A stretch of DNA of 54,327 bases, filler included, from a bacterium (GTDB lineage: Bacteria; JBBIVP01), in the NCBI GenBank assembly GCA_037439705.1. It is 21 parts of 21 records of this genome, joined end to end, with 100 filler letters (N's around TTAATTAATTAA, not from the genome) between each part and the next. Parts side by side here need not be neighbours in the genome. Positions count along the whole stretch, not along the records: positions 19,580 to 22,201 come from JBBIVP010000224.1; positions 22,302 to 24,911 come from JBBIVP010000225.1; positions 25,012 to 27,553 come from JBBIVP010000226.1; positions 27,654 to 30,160 come from JBBIVP010000227.1; positions 30,261 to 32,743 come from JBBIVP010000228.1; 16 more parts are not named here. The stretch is one strand, 5' to 3'. Both the position numbers and the translations under genes were made by a program. Positions within the stretch are counted from its first letter, which is position 1; each line of letters begins with the position of its first letter. The notes under the pieces are model-generated. The model searched no databases and was not told the origin of the DNA. It saw only the letters and a list, made by a program, of their open reading frames with translations. Below are positions 20,987 through 32,446 of this stretch, piece by piece.

Positions 20987-21138
20987 ATATAAAATTTTAT
21001 AAAATTTCGTAAATAAAATCAAACTCCGCCATACATTTAATACTCTTGAATCAGGTAATTACCTGAAGGGTTTTTGTCAGTTGATTTGAATTTTAAATAA
21101 TTTTGGTTTATCATTTAAAAAATAGTGGAGAAAAAAGA

Positions 21139-21885
21139 ATGTCGGGACATTCAAGGTGGAGCACCATAAAAAGAAAGAAAAGCAAGGTTGATGTTCAGAA
21201 GGGAAAAATATTCACTAAACTCATTAGGGAATTAATAGTAGCAGCTCGCTATGGAACGGATCCGGAAACCAATCCAAGATTGAGACAGGCAATTATGGCA
21301 GCAAAGGCTGAAAATATGCCCAAGGAGAATATTGAAAGGGCAATAAAGAAGGGGAGTGGTGAGATAGGAGGAGAGGCTTACGAGGAATGCATATTTGAAG
21401 GTTATGGACCAGGTAGTGTAGCGGTTCTTGTCCACACCCTTACCGATAACAGAAAGAGGACATCTCAGGAGATAAGGCACATATTTTCAAAACACGGCGG
21501 AAAAATGGGAGAGGCTGGATGTGTTGGGTGGATGTTTTCAAGGAAAGGATATTTTAGTTTTTCTTCTCAGGATGTGGATTTTGATAAGGTGATGGATATC
21601 GCTATAGAATTAGGCGCAGAAGATGTGAAGGAGGAGGATAACATAATTGAAGTCATTACAGAACCACAGGATTTTGAAAAACTTAAGAAGGCATTTGAGG
21701 AGAAAAATTTTAAATGGACAAATGCAGAAATTACCATGGTTCCACAAACAAATGTTAAACTTTCGGGCAAAGAGGCTGAACAGATGCTCAAGCTTATGGA
21801 GGCATTAGAAGAACTTGACGATGTTCAGAAGGTTTATGCCAATTTTGATATTTCAACCGAAGAGATGGAGAAACTTGTTGGATAG
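21139..21885 (+). CDS. yebC: YebC/PmpR family protein
   Basis: [36 protein letters not shown]. Confidence 0.95.
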   Translation: MSGHSRWSTIKRKKSKVDVQKGKIFTKLIRELIVAARYGTDPETNPRLRQAIMAAKAENMPKENIERAIKKGSGEIGGEAYEECIFEGYGPGSVAVLVHTLTDNRKRTSQEIRHIFSKHGGKMGEAGCVGWMFSRKGYFSFSSQDVDFDKVMDIAIELGAEDVKEEDNIIEVITEPQDFEKLKKAFEEKNFKWTNAEITMVPQTNVKLSGKEAEQMLKLMEALEELDDVQKVYANFDISTEEMEKLVG

Positions 21886-22201
21886 GAGAAGGATAATAGG
21901 AATAGACCCTGGCATCAAAAAAATTGGATATGCTTTAGTAGAAATAAAAGGGAAGAATTTAGAAGGGGTGATTAGCGGTTCTATAAACCTTCCGTCAAAT
22001 TCGGAAACGAGAATATCTCTTATCTCAAAATTTTTTACTCAACTTTTGGATACTTACAAGCCTTATGCTGTGGCAATTGAAGATGTTTTTTCTTCCAAAA
22101 ATCCAAAGATGGCTTTTGAGATAGGAGAGATTAAGGGGATTTTAAAGTTTTTGTGTTTTCTTAAAAGGGTAAAAACATTTGAATACCCGCCTGCAGAGGT
22201 A
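21878..22201 (+). CDS. ruvC: Holliday junction resolvase RuvC (3' truncated)
   Basis: [20 protein letters not shown]; follows yebC. Confidence 0.88.
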
Positions 22202-22303
22202 NNNNNNNNNNNNNNNNNNNNNNNNNNNNNNNNNNNNNNNNNNNNTTAATTAATTAANNNNNNNNNNNNNNNNNNNNNNNNNNNNNNNNNNNNNNNNNNN
22301 NTT

Positions 22304-22780
22304 ATCATGCTTGGAGCATCTGCCACTCTCATAGGGTTCTTTTTGAGAAAATATATGTTCTACATAATAAGAATTGCCGGAGCAATAGTAATAATTCTCG
22401 GTCTTCATATGATGGGGATTTTAAAAATCGGATTTCTTGAAATGGGATTTAGCGCTGGAGAACCAAAAATGGAAAGAAGTTTTGCAAGGTCTTTTCTCGC
22501 AGGAATTCTCTTCTCATTCAGCTGGACACCCTGCATATCTCCTGTCCTTGCAGGAATACTTACTCTTGCCTCGCAGGAAGAAACCGTCATGAATGGAGCC
22601 ATTTTACTGACCTTTTATTCGGCAGGTCTGGGAATTCCGCTCATCGTTTTAGGAACCGGTGTAGGAACAGCAGTAAAATTCATCAAAAAAGGAACAATAG
22701 TCTTCCATATTGTCTCGGGCGTAATACTTGTTTTTATAGGGATTCTGCTTTTAACTGGAAAATACAGAGCCCTCTTTTAG
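22304..22780 (+). CDS. ccdA: Cytochrome c biogenesis CcdA/DsbD-TM protein (5' truncated)
   Basis: WTPCISPVL, YSAGLGIP, multiple TM helices. Confidence 0.85.
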   Translation: MMLGASATLIGFFLRKYMFYIIRIAGAIVIILGLHMMGILKIGFLEMGFSAGEPKMERSFARSFLAGILFSFSWTPCISPVLAGILTLASQEETVMNGAILLTFYSAGLGIPLIVLGTGVGTAVKFIKKGTIVFHIVSGVILVFIGILLLTGKYRALF

Positions 22781-23902
22781 AAATCTAACCAGTGGTTTCA
22801 AGACTTCTTTCCAGAAAAAATTCTTCCTGAATTCCCTTATCCTTTCCTTCATCTTTTTCCTTATCTCTTCGTTCAAAAGCATTTTCATTGCTTCCTTCAT
22901 CTCCAATACATCTTGAGGAGGAATCACAAAGCCGATTTGCTGAGATTTTATTAATTCTGAGAAATAATCCCCTTCTGTCCATATCATCGGGGTTAAACCG
23001 GAAAGACAATCAAGAAATCTCGTCCTGAAAGAAATTTCTGTTTCAAGAGTCTTATAAAATGTGCATATTCCTGCGGTAGAACTGGAGACCAATTTCAAGC
23101 AATCCTCATATTCCACCCATCCATCAGCAAATAGAATATTTTCGGACATCCCGAGTTCTTCCGCCTCTTTCAAAACTTCATCTGTCATCTCAATTCCCTT
23201 TTCTTCCTTCACTGGAGTTTTCCTTCCAAGAAAAAGAATTTTTGCCTCAATTCTTTCTTTTTTCATCTCACTTATTCCCCTTACAGGAGTAAATGGGTCA
23301 AGCCACCTCCATATTCCGCCATTCCATATAAATACAGGTTCATTATTTTTTCTGAACCCATTTAATTTTAGATAATCTCTTCCGTCGGGTTCTTCTTCCT
23401 CAATTCCTGATGGCACAATCAAGAACGGCTTTTCCTTTATCCTCCATGCCTTTAGCATTCCCTTATAGAAAAGGACCTGTCTGTAATTTGCACAAAGGAT
23501 GGCATCAGAAATTCTCATCATTAAATATGTTTTGAAGAGAACTTTTCCATACTTGATAATTTTTTCAATCTTTCCATAACCTCTTATATGCTCTTCATAT
23601 TCCACAACCATGGGAGTATAGAGGTCAAAAATTCTTTCCCCTTCAAAGGAATAGAGAATTCTTAACGGAATTCTGTACCCCTGCGTTACGAGAGAATCAA
23701 ATTTCTTTTTTATATCCTTCCACTCGGAAAAAGGCAGTTTTCTCATTTCAAAATCCTTTGCTTTCAAGTCGGTTTCATTCGGAATTAGTAGCATTACATC
23801 AAATTCCTTTGAAAGGTGTTCTGCAAATTTATAATACCTTATTCCAGGACCAGCCATCTTTGATGAGACGGGATGACTGCTTATGAGAAGAACCCTCTTC
23901 AT
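22751..23902 (-). CDS. GT-B glycosyltransferase (GT4-like)
   Basis: MAGPGIRY, WNGGIWRWLDP, ETEISFRTR..D. Confidence 0.75.
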   Translation of the reverse strand: MKRVLLISSHPVSSKMAGPGIRYYKFAEHLSKEFDVMLLIPNETDLKAKDFEMRKLPFSEWKDIKKKFDSLVTQGYRIPLRILYSFEGERIFDLYTPMVVEYEEHIRGYGKIEKIIKYGKVLFKTYLMMRISDAILCANYRQVLFYKGMLKAWRIKEKPFLIVPSGIEEEEPDGRDYLKLNGFRKNNEPVFIWNGGIWRWLDPFTPVRGISEMKKERIEAKILFLGRKTPVKEEKGIEMTDEVLKEAEELGMSENILFADGWVEYEDCLKLVSSSTAGICTFYKTLETEISFRTRFLDCLSGLTPMIWTEGDYFSELIKSQQIGFVIPPQDVLEMKEAMKMLLNEEIRKKMKERIREFRKNFFWKEVLKPLVRFLKEGSVFSS

Positions 23903-24911
23903 AACGGAAATTCCTTCATGTTATCAATTTTTTCAATCTCAAGGACTGCCTTCAAAATTTTTTCCCCTTTCTCCTTTCCATAAACCCCCATTTCCTTCTC
24001 AAACTTCCTGATAACAAGCTCTTCGGTTTCTGACAGCGGTCTTCCAGAGGAACCAAGAGGATCCTCCTGAAACTCCTCATAAATTTTTCCTCCAATTTTA
24101 GCAACAACCCTTGCGGAAAAAGGCATTGGAAATGAATCAAGTTCTGTTTCTGAAAGGTCATTTATTCTTTTTCTTTTTGACCTTCTGAAAAATTCTTTCA
24201 CAGGGATTCTTAAACCTATGTCCTTGATTCGCAGAAAATTCCCGTGTTCTCTTCTAAAAGCCCTTATGAGCATCGGTATTTCATTTAATCTCAATTTAGC
24301 GAGGGAAATAAAATCAACCTTTTCGGTCATTCTCTTTACCATGTTTACTGTCAATTTCCAATCATGGAACAGTTCAATCCCTCCTGCAATTTCCATTATT
24401 TCATTTTTCTTTGCAGAAAGATTCTCATGAGAAAGGGTCTGTACGGAGAGTTCTCCTGATGAAAGTAAAACTGCTATTGAAAGTGGAATTGAAAAATTTA
24501 CATTCACCGGGGTAAGAAATTCACCCATTCCCCTTTCAGAAGCCCTTTCCATGGCAACCGAAAGGAGTGTGGCATAAACCCTTATCCATTCCACATCTGT
24601 TGGTAAAATTCTTCTTCCCCTTTCCTCTTCAAATCTCTTCTTTATTCTGATCATACAATCAATGGCTGAATCAATGTAGGCACATCCGGGATAAATCTTG
24701 TAGGAAAGTGTATTTGTGGTCCAGACCTTACCCCATCCTGTTAAGACCTCAGGAATTGGTCGGAAAGAAAACCTTTCAAGAAAACCGCCTTTCCCGAATA
24801 TGGCATCAGATGTTCCCTTCATACCATTCAGAGCAGATATACCGCAGAAGATTCCTGAAACTGCTGGAAGTCCCGCGGTAATAAATTTTGCTTCACTCCC
24901 CATAAAACCTG
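23899..24911 (-). CDS. MmgE/PrpD family protein (5' truncated)
   Basis: YKIYPGCAYIDSAID, FSIPLSIA, C-terminal PLGS...PLS....KF. Confidence 0.75.
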
Positions 24912-25011
24912 NNNNNNNNNNNNNNNNNNNNNNNNNNNNNNNNNNNNNNNNNNNNTTAATTAATTAANNNNNNNNNNNNNNNNNNNNNNNNNNNNNNNNN
25001 NNNNNNNNNNN

Positions 25012-27433
25012 CGCTTCTATCTATTGCCATAATTGAAGACCATAACAACCTCCTGAAATCAGAAGAATTTCTCCTGTATCCCATTCCCTTTGAAAGTTCA
25101 TCTATTTTTATTGTGATGGATCCTCCGGAATTTGAAATTTCCAATACATCTCCTTCATCAGCAGGAATGCTTATTGAGAAATTTCCATCTTTATCTGCGA
25201 ATCCCGTTCTCACCTCTCCGTTGTTCAAATTTCTTATAATTATCAGTTCATCAGGTTTTGTTTCAAATTCACCCCTCCATTTATCCTTTCTGTCCCTTCT
25301 GTCGTTGTTAAAAGTTATCGGGAATCCTGCAAATTTGCCATTTATTTCAGCAGGTCCTCCAACTATCGTGGGACCCATAATCTCTGTATACAGGGGTTTT
25401 ATTACAGGAACAAGATCAGTTCTAAGAGCAATATCAATGAAACCTCCACCACCTACATTTATTACTCCCCTTTTTATCTTGTTCTCAACTCCCATAAGAA
25501 TTCCTCCATGAAGCCCTCCCATTGACTGCCCGATGTAAAAAAGGTCATTATTTTCTCCTCCAACATCAAGTTTTCCATCTTCATTGAAATCTCCGTCCTC
25601 CCTTGAACTTCCTTTGAGGTTCTTTAAAATCCTTATAAATTCCATCATATCAATTATTGTCTGCCTCATCATATCCCTGGTTTTTGGAAGGTCTGCTGTA
25701 AAGAAATCTCCACCGGAATCAGGAATTCCATCTCCATCTACATCGTAAGCCCTTCCCTCGCTTAAAACTTTTATTATCCCGTCTTCCCTCAGATAATTTA
25801 GCATCCTTTCCACACTCCAGGCACTGTTGACAGGCTTACAAATCTTATCACCAATCCATATAGCGAGGAGTTTTATGAATGCTTCATTCAAACCAATTTT
25901 TTCCACCATTTCCATTCCCGAAACCCCTTCTGGAGCAATAAAGGAACCGAAGGATTCAAGAAGGTCTTCAGGAAGTTTTAGAATTGAATCTATGGGTCCG
26001 AGAAGGGCAGCAAGTGGTACTTCAGGTCCGTGTCCCACAGTATCAATTGAAGCAACAGCAAATCCATATTTTGCAAATAAAGGGGCATAGATTAAACCGT
26101 GAAGCCTTGAACCGCTGTATCCATGACCAAATATAACCACAGGAAAGGGAGGTTTATTTTTTTCTGTTTCCTTCGGAACTGCTATGAGAAATGTCACATC
26201 CGTTGAAGAAGGGTTATAGGATAGAATCTCTTTTGGGAATGAACCTCTTTCCGGAATGAAAAACATGGGCGATTTAAATTTTCCAAACACAAAGTAGTCC
26301 ACATAACTGAAATCAAGAAAATCCCTTACATCAACCGGACTGTCGCTGTAATACTCCCTCAGAATTGGGTCTATCAGAGGGATAAAGGGTTCAAGTATGC
26401 GTTTTAAATACTCAGCCTGAAGGATAAATGGAGTGTCTTTTTCTCCTTTCTCTGTCCATGGAGTGTCACAGGTTGAATTGAAATTTGACACTTCATAAAT
26501 CTCTGGAGGAAATAAAGAACGAAGATAAGAAAGCTCTCCTTTACCATCGAGCCCATCTCTTATGATTTCAAGGTCATCCGTGATGCTCTGGGTTGTAAAG
26601 GAAAAGGCAAACGATATATTTTTTTCATCAAATTCATCAAACCCCATATTTTTAAGTATATCAAGAAGTATATCAAGCCCTTCCTTTATCTTTTTGTTCT
26701 GAAGGGGATGATTTATGTAATCAAAGGGCGAACCAACAGGATTTCCAAAAGGGTCAGTTAATTCTTTGGTTATGAAAACCACATAGGTGCTTTTCTGATC
26801 AAGGGGAATAACTGGACGAAGGACGAGGGTTTCTGTCTCTGTATCATACCATGTCAGTTCCTGCCAGGTTCCGTTTAAAAGGGCAGTATTTGACTCGGGA
26901 AAAATTATGCTCTCATAATTCTTAAACGGGTCAAAGGGATTAAATGGAATTGGTTCTCTTTTAATTGGATAAAATCCATAATTTATATCAAAAATAACAA
27001 ACTTTCCAAATGCCTTTGACGAAGGAGATATATTTATGACATAAAGGGGGTCGTTTGAAAGATCGTTGTCTGTCATTTTTTCAAAAAATCCATTGAGGTC
27101 AATTCTTCCTGTAAATGGAATTGTTATTGGACCAAATGTGGAGAATCCATCAAGTTCATTTATAAGTTCCCTCTGCCTTCTTTCAAACTTTGTAATTGAA
27201 TTCAACGGAAGGTTCAGTCTTATTCCTGTTCTTGATAATGGGTCAGGTCTCGCTGCCAAATCATTAGGAAACGGAATCACGGGAAATGGTCTTTGAGAGG
27301 GTTCCCATTTTATTTTTACAGGAGCTTTTTTTTCGTTTTCCGTTAAAGCCCTCAATCCCTCCTCCATCCCTTGCTCTCCACAGCGTGCAAACAAAATAAA
27401 TAATACCGTCAGAATTTTTATTTTGCTTTTCAT
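25012..27433 (-). CDS. Large lipoprotein alpha/beta hydrolase (3' truncated)
   Basis: Lipobox LFARC, PFPND, LDGFSTF, FGHGY, GQSMGG, DVDGDG and DFNEDG Ca-loop-like motifs. Confidence 0.75.
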
Positions 27434-27653
27434 CTTTTTTATTATAATCCTGAGAAAAAAAAATACAACAAAAATCCAGAAGAAATGTCACACACTCCCC
27501 CAACACAACAACACTGGAAAAGTTAAGATATGAGCGACATTAAGGAGTGAGAGNNNNNNNNNNNNNNNNNNNNNNNNNNNNNNNNNNNNNNNNNNNNTTA
27601 ATTAATTAANNNNNNNNNNNNNNNNNNNNNNNNNNNNNNNNNNNNNNNNNNNN

Positions 27654-28130
27654 CTTCAAAGAATCAATGCAGGATTGTGAAACTGCTATCCTTCCATCAA
27701 GTGAGTCCATCATCCTCTGGACATACCTATTCCAGAGCGAGTATCCCCTTGCGCTTTCAAAATATGTGTGAAACGTTCCCACCTTTGGACATTTTGCATA
27801 TCTTAAAGAAATTATGGGAAGACTCGGTGTCAGAGGAGAATGGATATGAATTACATCAAATTTCTTTTCCTCAAAAATTCTGCTCAGTTTTTTTCCGAGT
27901 TCAATTCCAAGCGTTACCCTTCCAATGGAATCATTTCCGTATATTGGAAAACTTCTCCCTATCCTTATTACTTCAAATGGCGCTGAAACCCTTTCTTCAC
28001 CTTTTGTATGAGATGTTATAACTGTTATTGAGCATCCCATCCTCTCAGCATAAATGGAAAAATTGTGCACATTTTCTGTTATTCCTCCAAGATGGGGATA
28101 ATAATATTCAGTTATTATGCCTATCTTCAT
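27654..28130 (-). CDS. GT4 glycosyltransferase, PimA-like (3' truncated)
   Basis: MKIGIITEYYYPHLGG, DVIHIH.P..PSL, VGTFH, RIAVS. Confidence 0.8.
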
Positions 28131-28332
28131 CTCTTTATGTCCCACACCCTTTCCCTTATAAAGGTAAATGTTATGAGAAAAATCACAATCCAATTGTATA
28201 CATAACGAATAAAACCCATAAAAATCAAATAAAAAATCTTCCTTAAAATTTTCATGAGAATAGGGTATTATTCTTTTTAAAAAAATCAATAAAATCCAAA
28301 AATTTAACAGAGATTGAAAATCAAAACTTTCA

Positions 28333-28361
28333 TTGACAATAGTAAAAGAATTTATTACTAT
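28333..28361 (+). promoter_or_regulatory. Sigma70 promoter overlapped by an inverted-repeat operator
   Basis: TTGACA-17-TACTAT; ATAGTAA-9-TTACTAT palindrome at 28339-28361. Confidence 0.65.
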
Positions 28362-28369
28362 AATCTCAA

Positions 28370-28951
28370 ATGAAAAAAACAAAAAAGGAAAACCTGTTAA
28401 AGCTCGGAGAGGTTATAAGAAAGATAAGGGAATCTAAGGGATGGTCAAGAGAAAAACTTGCAGAGGCAGCGGGTCTTTCACCAGCGGGTGTCTATAAAAT
28501 AGAACAGAACCTCATGACCCCAACCATTATAACATTGGCTAAAATAGCAAGGGCTCTAAAAAAGGACATAAGGGATTTCTTAAAAGAGACCTTTGAAACA
28601 GATAAGGGATATCAGGTTACCCGAAAAAATGAAAGATTTGTCTTAAACACCTCTGAACTTGGTTTCAAAATTGAGAGGGTTGGAGGAGAGATAGGAGACA
28701 GAAAACTGGAAGCAGTATTGCTCAAGATAAAAAAAGGAAGAACATCCGGAGAAGATAAGCTCTCTCATGCAGGAGAGGAAATCCATTTTGTCATTAAGGG
28801 AAGTGTGGAATACACTATGAACGATGAAAATATAACCCTCAGAGCGGGAGATGCAATTCATTTTAAAGCAACCCTTCCCCATTCCTGGAAAAATGTCGGA
28901 AACGAAGATGCTGAGGTTCTCGTCATAATAACTCCACCACCATTTGTTTAA
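28370..28951 (+). CDS. XRE-family HTH plus cupin transcriptional regulator
   Basis: HTH LAEAAGLS...YKIEQ...PTI.TL.KIA; cupin HAGEE...GDAIHF...PH. Confidence 0.9.
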   Translation: MKKTKKENLLKLGEVIRKIRESKGWSREKLAEAAGLSPAGVYKIEQNLMTPTIITLAKIARALKKDIRDFLKETFETDKGYQVTRKNERFVLNTSELGFKIERVGGEIGDRKLEAVLLKIKKGRTSGEDKLSHAGEEIHFVIKGSVEYTMNDENITLRAGDAIHFKATLPHSWKNVGNEDAEVLVIITPPPFV

Positions 28952-28978
28952 GTAATTTAAAAAGTTTATCCCCACAAT

Positions 28979-30160
28979 TCATAAAATTCGTCTTTCAAGG
29001 ACAGCTCCTCTGTCAAATTGTGTCGCGCTTCGGAACCACTCAACAAGGATTCCTTCCCTAACACGGGGTGGTATTGGTTTCCATTTCTTCATCCTCTCTT
29101 TTATTTCTTCCTCCTCAACCAGAAGTTCAATCCTCTTTCTTTTCAAATCAATTATTATCTCATCACCATCTTTAACTGCTGAAATAGGTCCGCCAACCTG
29201 GGCTTCAGGACATACATATCCAACATAAAGGGCACCCCTTGTTGCACCTGAAAACCTTCCGTCGGTGATAACTGCTACATTTTTTATCCCGAGTATCTCA
29301 AGAAGGAGAACAATCTTGAAATCTTCAGCATATCCTGGCGCTCCTCTTGGTCCCTGATACCTTATTACCACAGCATCACCTTCCTTTATGTAACCCTCTG
29401 CTACCGCTTCAAGTGCCTTTTCTTGATCGTCAAAACATTTTGCTTTACCCCTGAATTCATCTCCGTAAACGCCCTCCACAACCGGTCTTGTAATTGCACA
29501 TACTGGAGCGATATTTCCTCGCAGAACAAGGATTGAACTTCCTTCCCTCACAGGATTATCAGGTTTTCTTATAACCTCGCCGTTTACTTCTACATCTCTC
29601 AGGATATCTCCCACTTTTTTTCCTGATGCTGTAATCCTGTTCTTATAAATTAATTTTTCAAGGCTTTTCATAATCCCGTAAACGCCACCTGCAATGTGTA
29701 GCTCCGGAACAGAATAGATTCCCGCGGGTGCTATTGAAGAAATATATGGAGTGGTAGAAGAAATCCTGTCTATATCGTAAATTGTAAAGGGGATTTTCAG
29801 TGAATCTGCAAGGGCAAGAAGGTGAAGTATTGCATTTGTTCCTCCCGCAGTGGCAAAAATAATCCTCATTGCATCCTCTATCGCCTCCCGAGTAACAATT
29901 TTTCTAAGGGTTATTCCGTTTTTCACCATATCAACAATTGTATAGCCTGTCTCTTTCGCCATTACTATTTTCTCGGTAAAAACTGGAGGCATTGTTGAAG
30001 TTCCCGGTAAACTTAAACCCATCGCCTCAACGCACATCTGCATAGTATTTGCTGTGGTCATCTCCGGACATGCTCCACATGTAAGAACCCACCTTGACTT
30101 TCCCCTTTCCAGATCCTTTAAAACCTTTAAGGGACTTTCTCCCTTTCTTATTTCTTCAAA
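28979..30160 (-). CDS. IlvD/Edd-family dehydratase, divergent (5' truncated)
   Basis: CGAC..MTTANTM, GGTNAILHL, LRGNIAP, RYQGP.G.PG, ITDGRFSG, PEAQVGG. Confidence 0.85.
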   Translation of the reverse strand, partial: FEEIRKGESPLKVLKDLERGKSRWVLTCGACPEMTTANTMQMCVEAMGLSLPGTSTMPPVFTEKIVMAKETGYTIVDMVKNGITLRKIVTREAIEDAMRIIFATAGGTNAILHLLALADSLKIPFTIYDIDRISSTTPYISSIAPAGIYSVPELHIAGGVYGIMKSLEKLIYKNRITASGKKVGDILRDVEVNGEVIRKPDNPVREGSSILVLRGNIAPVCAITRPVVEGVYGDEFRGKAKCFDDQEKALEAVAEGYIKEGDAVVIRYQGPRGAPGYAEDFKIVLLLEILGIKNVAVITDGRFSGATRGALYVGYVCPEAQVGGPISAVKDGDEIIIDLKRKRIELLVEEEEIKERMKKWKPIPPRVREGILVEWFRSATQFDRGAVLERRIL

Positions 30161-30260
30161 NNNNNNNNNNNNNNNNNNNNNNNNNNNNNNNNNNNNNNNN
30201 NNNNTTAATTAATTAANNNNNNNNNNNNNNNNNNNNNNNNNNNNNNNNNNNNNNNNNNNN

Positions 30261-30765
30261 ATTCCGAATTCCTGATATATGCCAGTCCGCTTCCAAAGTA
30301 AAATTTTTCCGAAATTAAATGACCGTATCCCGCATATGCCTCTATCCATCTGTTTTCCCTGTAGGGTGTTACTGCATCTGTTTCCTGAACCAGTTCCATA
30401 GTATCATTTATTCCGTCATCATACCTTTCATCTTTAAAATTTCTTGTCCATTCCGTTAATAGCTTTTCTTCCGAGTAATAGGAATGGGCTAAAGAAATGG
30501 CAAGGTTCCCATTAAATCCTATTCTTTTTGAAAACCCGAGCTGAACCGAATTTTCGCCATTCAGATTTGTTAAATTTGTTATTATGCGATTCCTGGAGAG
30601 GGTAGTGAGTTCTCTCGGAATCACTATTCTGTCGTAATCTCCGTAAAACAGTCCGAAGGTGTTCAAATACCTTAAAGAGCGACTTTTTATTGGAGTTGCT
30701 TCTTCCTGTTCAGCATGAGCAAAAAATGGAATGAACAGGGTAAAAATAAGGATTAATTTTTTCAT
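30261..30765 (-). CDS. Secreted/outer-membrane hypothetical protein (3' truncated)
   Basis: Signal peptide MKKLILIF...AHA; amphipathic beta-like segments. Confidence 0.55.
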
Positions 30766-30970
30766 AATTATATTCAATCAGAGAGAAATTCAGATGTCAA
30801 GAGAAATTCTCTTTCGGGTTAAGACATAGTATCCTGGAATGGAAGAAGGAGAAAATCTTACTCCGTACAAAAATTCTTACACCGCCTCCATCCTAAAGAA
30901 TACAAAACTTCTTGACTATTAATGGGAAAAGGTGTTTATTTTAAAAAGAATATATCTGAAGGAGGAAGAA

Positions 30971-32425
30971 ATGGCAGGAATAGTTTCATATGGAGGTTAT
31001 ATCCCCAAAAACAGGATTTCCAGAATGACAATTTTTCAGGCTAATGCATGGTTTGCTCCAGCAACTATACAGTTTGCTCAGGGTGAAAAGGCTTTTTGCA
31101 ACTGGGATGAGGATGCACTCAGTATGGCTGTGGAGGCAAGCAGGGATTGCATTAAAGGGATAAATAAAAAAGATATTGATGCGCTTTTTCTCGCTTCCAC
31201 CACACTCCCGTATGCAGACAGACAGAATGCTGGAATAGTTGCAACTGCTCTTAACCTGAGGGAGGAGGTTTCCACTGCAGATTTTACTGGCTCCTTGAAA
31301 GCAGGAACTACCGCTCTTTTAACGGCTATAGAATCAGTTTTAAGCGGAAACAGAAAAAATGTCCTTGTTACATCTTCAGACAAAAGAGAAACAAAATGTG
31401 CTTATCTTTACGAAATGTGGTTTGGTGATGGAGCTGCATCACTTATTGTTGGAAAAGAGAATCTCATCGCTGAGTATAAGGGTTCATATTCTGTTAGTTA
31501 CGATTTTGTAGACCATTACAGGGAAGTAGGAAAAAAGACAGACTATATATGGGAGGAGAGATGGATAAGGGATGAGGGATATATGAGGATTATCCCGGAG
31601 GCTATTAATGGACTTCTGAAAAAGTATAACCTGTCAATTAATGATTTCTCAAAAATTATCTATCCCTGTCCCTTTAAAAGGGCACACAGAGACATAGGGA
31701 AGTTAATTGGAGCGAGTAAGGAGAAAATTCAGGATAACATGCATGAAGTCTGCGGTGAGCTTGGAACCGCACATCCATTTGCAATGTTCATATCAACACT
31801 TGAAGAAGCGAATCCCGGGGATAATATCCTTATGGTCAGCTTTGGACAGGGTGCGGATGCCATCTGGTTTAGGGTTACGGAAAATATAAAGAACCTTCCC
31901 CCAAGGAAAGGAATTAAAGGTTCGCTTGCAGAGAGAAGGGAGGTTACATCGTACGAAAAGTATTGTATTTTCAGGGACCTTTTAGCAGTGGAGATGGGTA
32001 TAAGGGCGGAAGCAGGAGGACAGAGTCCCTTGAGCATTTTATGGAGAAACAGAAAGATGATTCTTGGGCTCGTCGGTGGAAGGTGCACGAAGTGTGGAAC
32101 GCCACAGTATCCAAAATCTCACATATGCGTTAATCCAGAATGCAGAGCATTTCACTCACAGGAGGAATATGAATTTGCAGACAGGGAGGCTAAAATCGTA
32201 TCCTATACCGGAGACCTTCTTGCCATTTCTGTAGAACCACCAGCAATTTATGGAATGATTCAATTTGAAGGAGGAGGAAGGATGCTTGTTGACTTTACTG
32301 ATTGCGAACTCGGGGACCTTAAAGTTGGTCAGAAGGTAAAAATGTCTTTTAGAAAGAGATGGCACGATAAAGACCGTGGTTTTCATGGATACTATTGGAA
32401 AGCAGTTCCCCAGAAAGGGGAATAA
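30971..32425 (+). CDS. HMG-CoA-synthase/KAS III-fold protein fused to DUF35 (Zn ribbon plus OB fold)
   Basis: SYGGYIP, DEDALSMAVEA, GDGAAS, SFGQG; C-terminal CTKCG..QYP...C...C and OB fold; catalytic Cys site reads GSLKAGT. Confidence 0.85.
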   Translation: MAGIVSYGGYIPKNRISRMTIFQANAWFAPATIQFAQGEKAFCNWDEDALSMAVEASRDCIKGINKKDIDALFLASTTLPYADRQNAGIVATALNLREEVSTADFTGSLKAGTTALLTAIESVLSGNRKNVLVTSSDKRETKCAYLYEMWFGDGAASLIVGKENLIAEYKGSYSVSYDFVDHYREVGKKTDYIWEERWIRDEGYMRIIPEAINGLLKKYNLSINDFSKIIYPCPFKRAHRDIGKLIGASKEKIQDNMHEVCGELGTAHPFAMFISTLEEANPGDNILMVSFGQGADAIWFRVTENIKNLPPRKGIKGSLAERREVTSYEKYCIFRDLLAVEMGIRAEAGGQSPLSILWRNRKMILGLVGGRCTKCGTPQYPKSHICVNPECRAFHSQEEYEFADREAKIVSYTGDLLAISVEPPAIYGMIQFEGGGRMLVDFTDCELGDLKVGQKVKMSFRKRWHDKDRGFHGYYWKAVPQKGE

Positions 32426-32446
32426 AATTTATTCAGGAGGTTTGAG

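Noticed and set aside
27520-27553. Similarity (TTAA...GCGACATT) to the reverse complement of 43131-43150; possible dif/att site
   Set aside because: Only 8 identical bases and no match to the XerC/XerD or attC consensus
27606-28382. Long N-terminal extension of the GT4 ORF
   Set aside because: Overlaps the divergent promoter region; the family-like start is MKIGII at 28130
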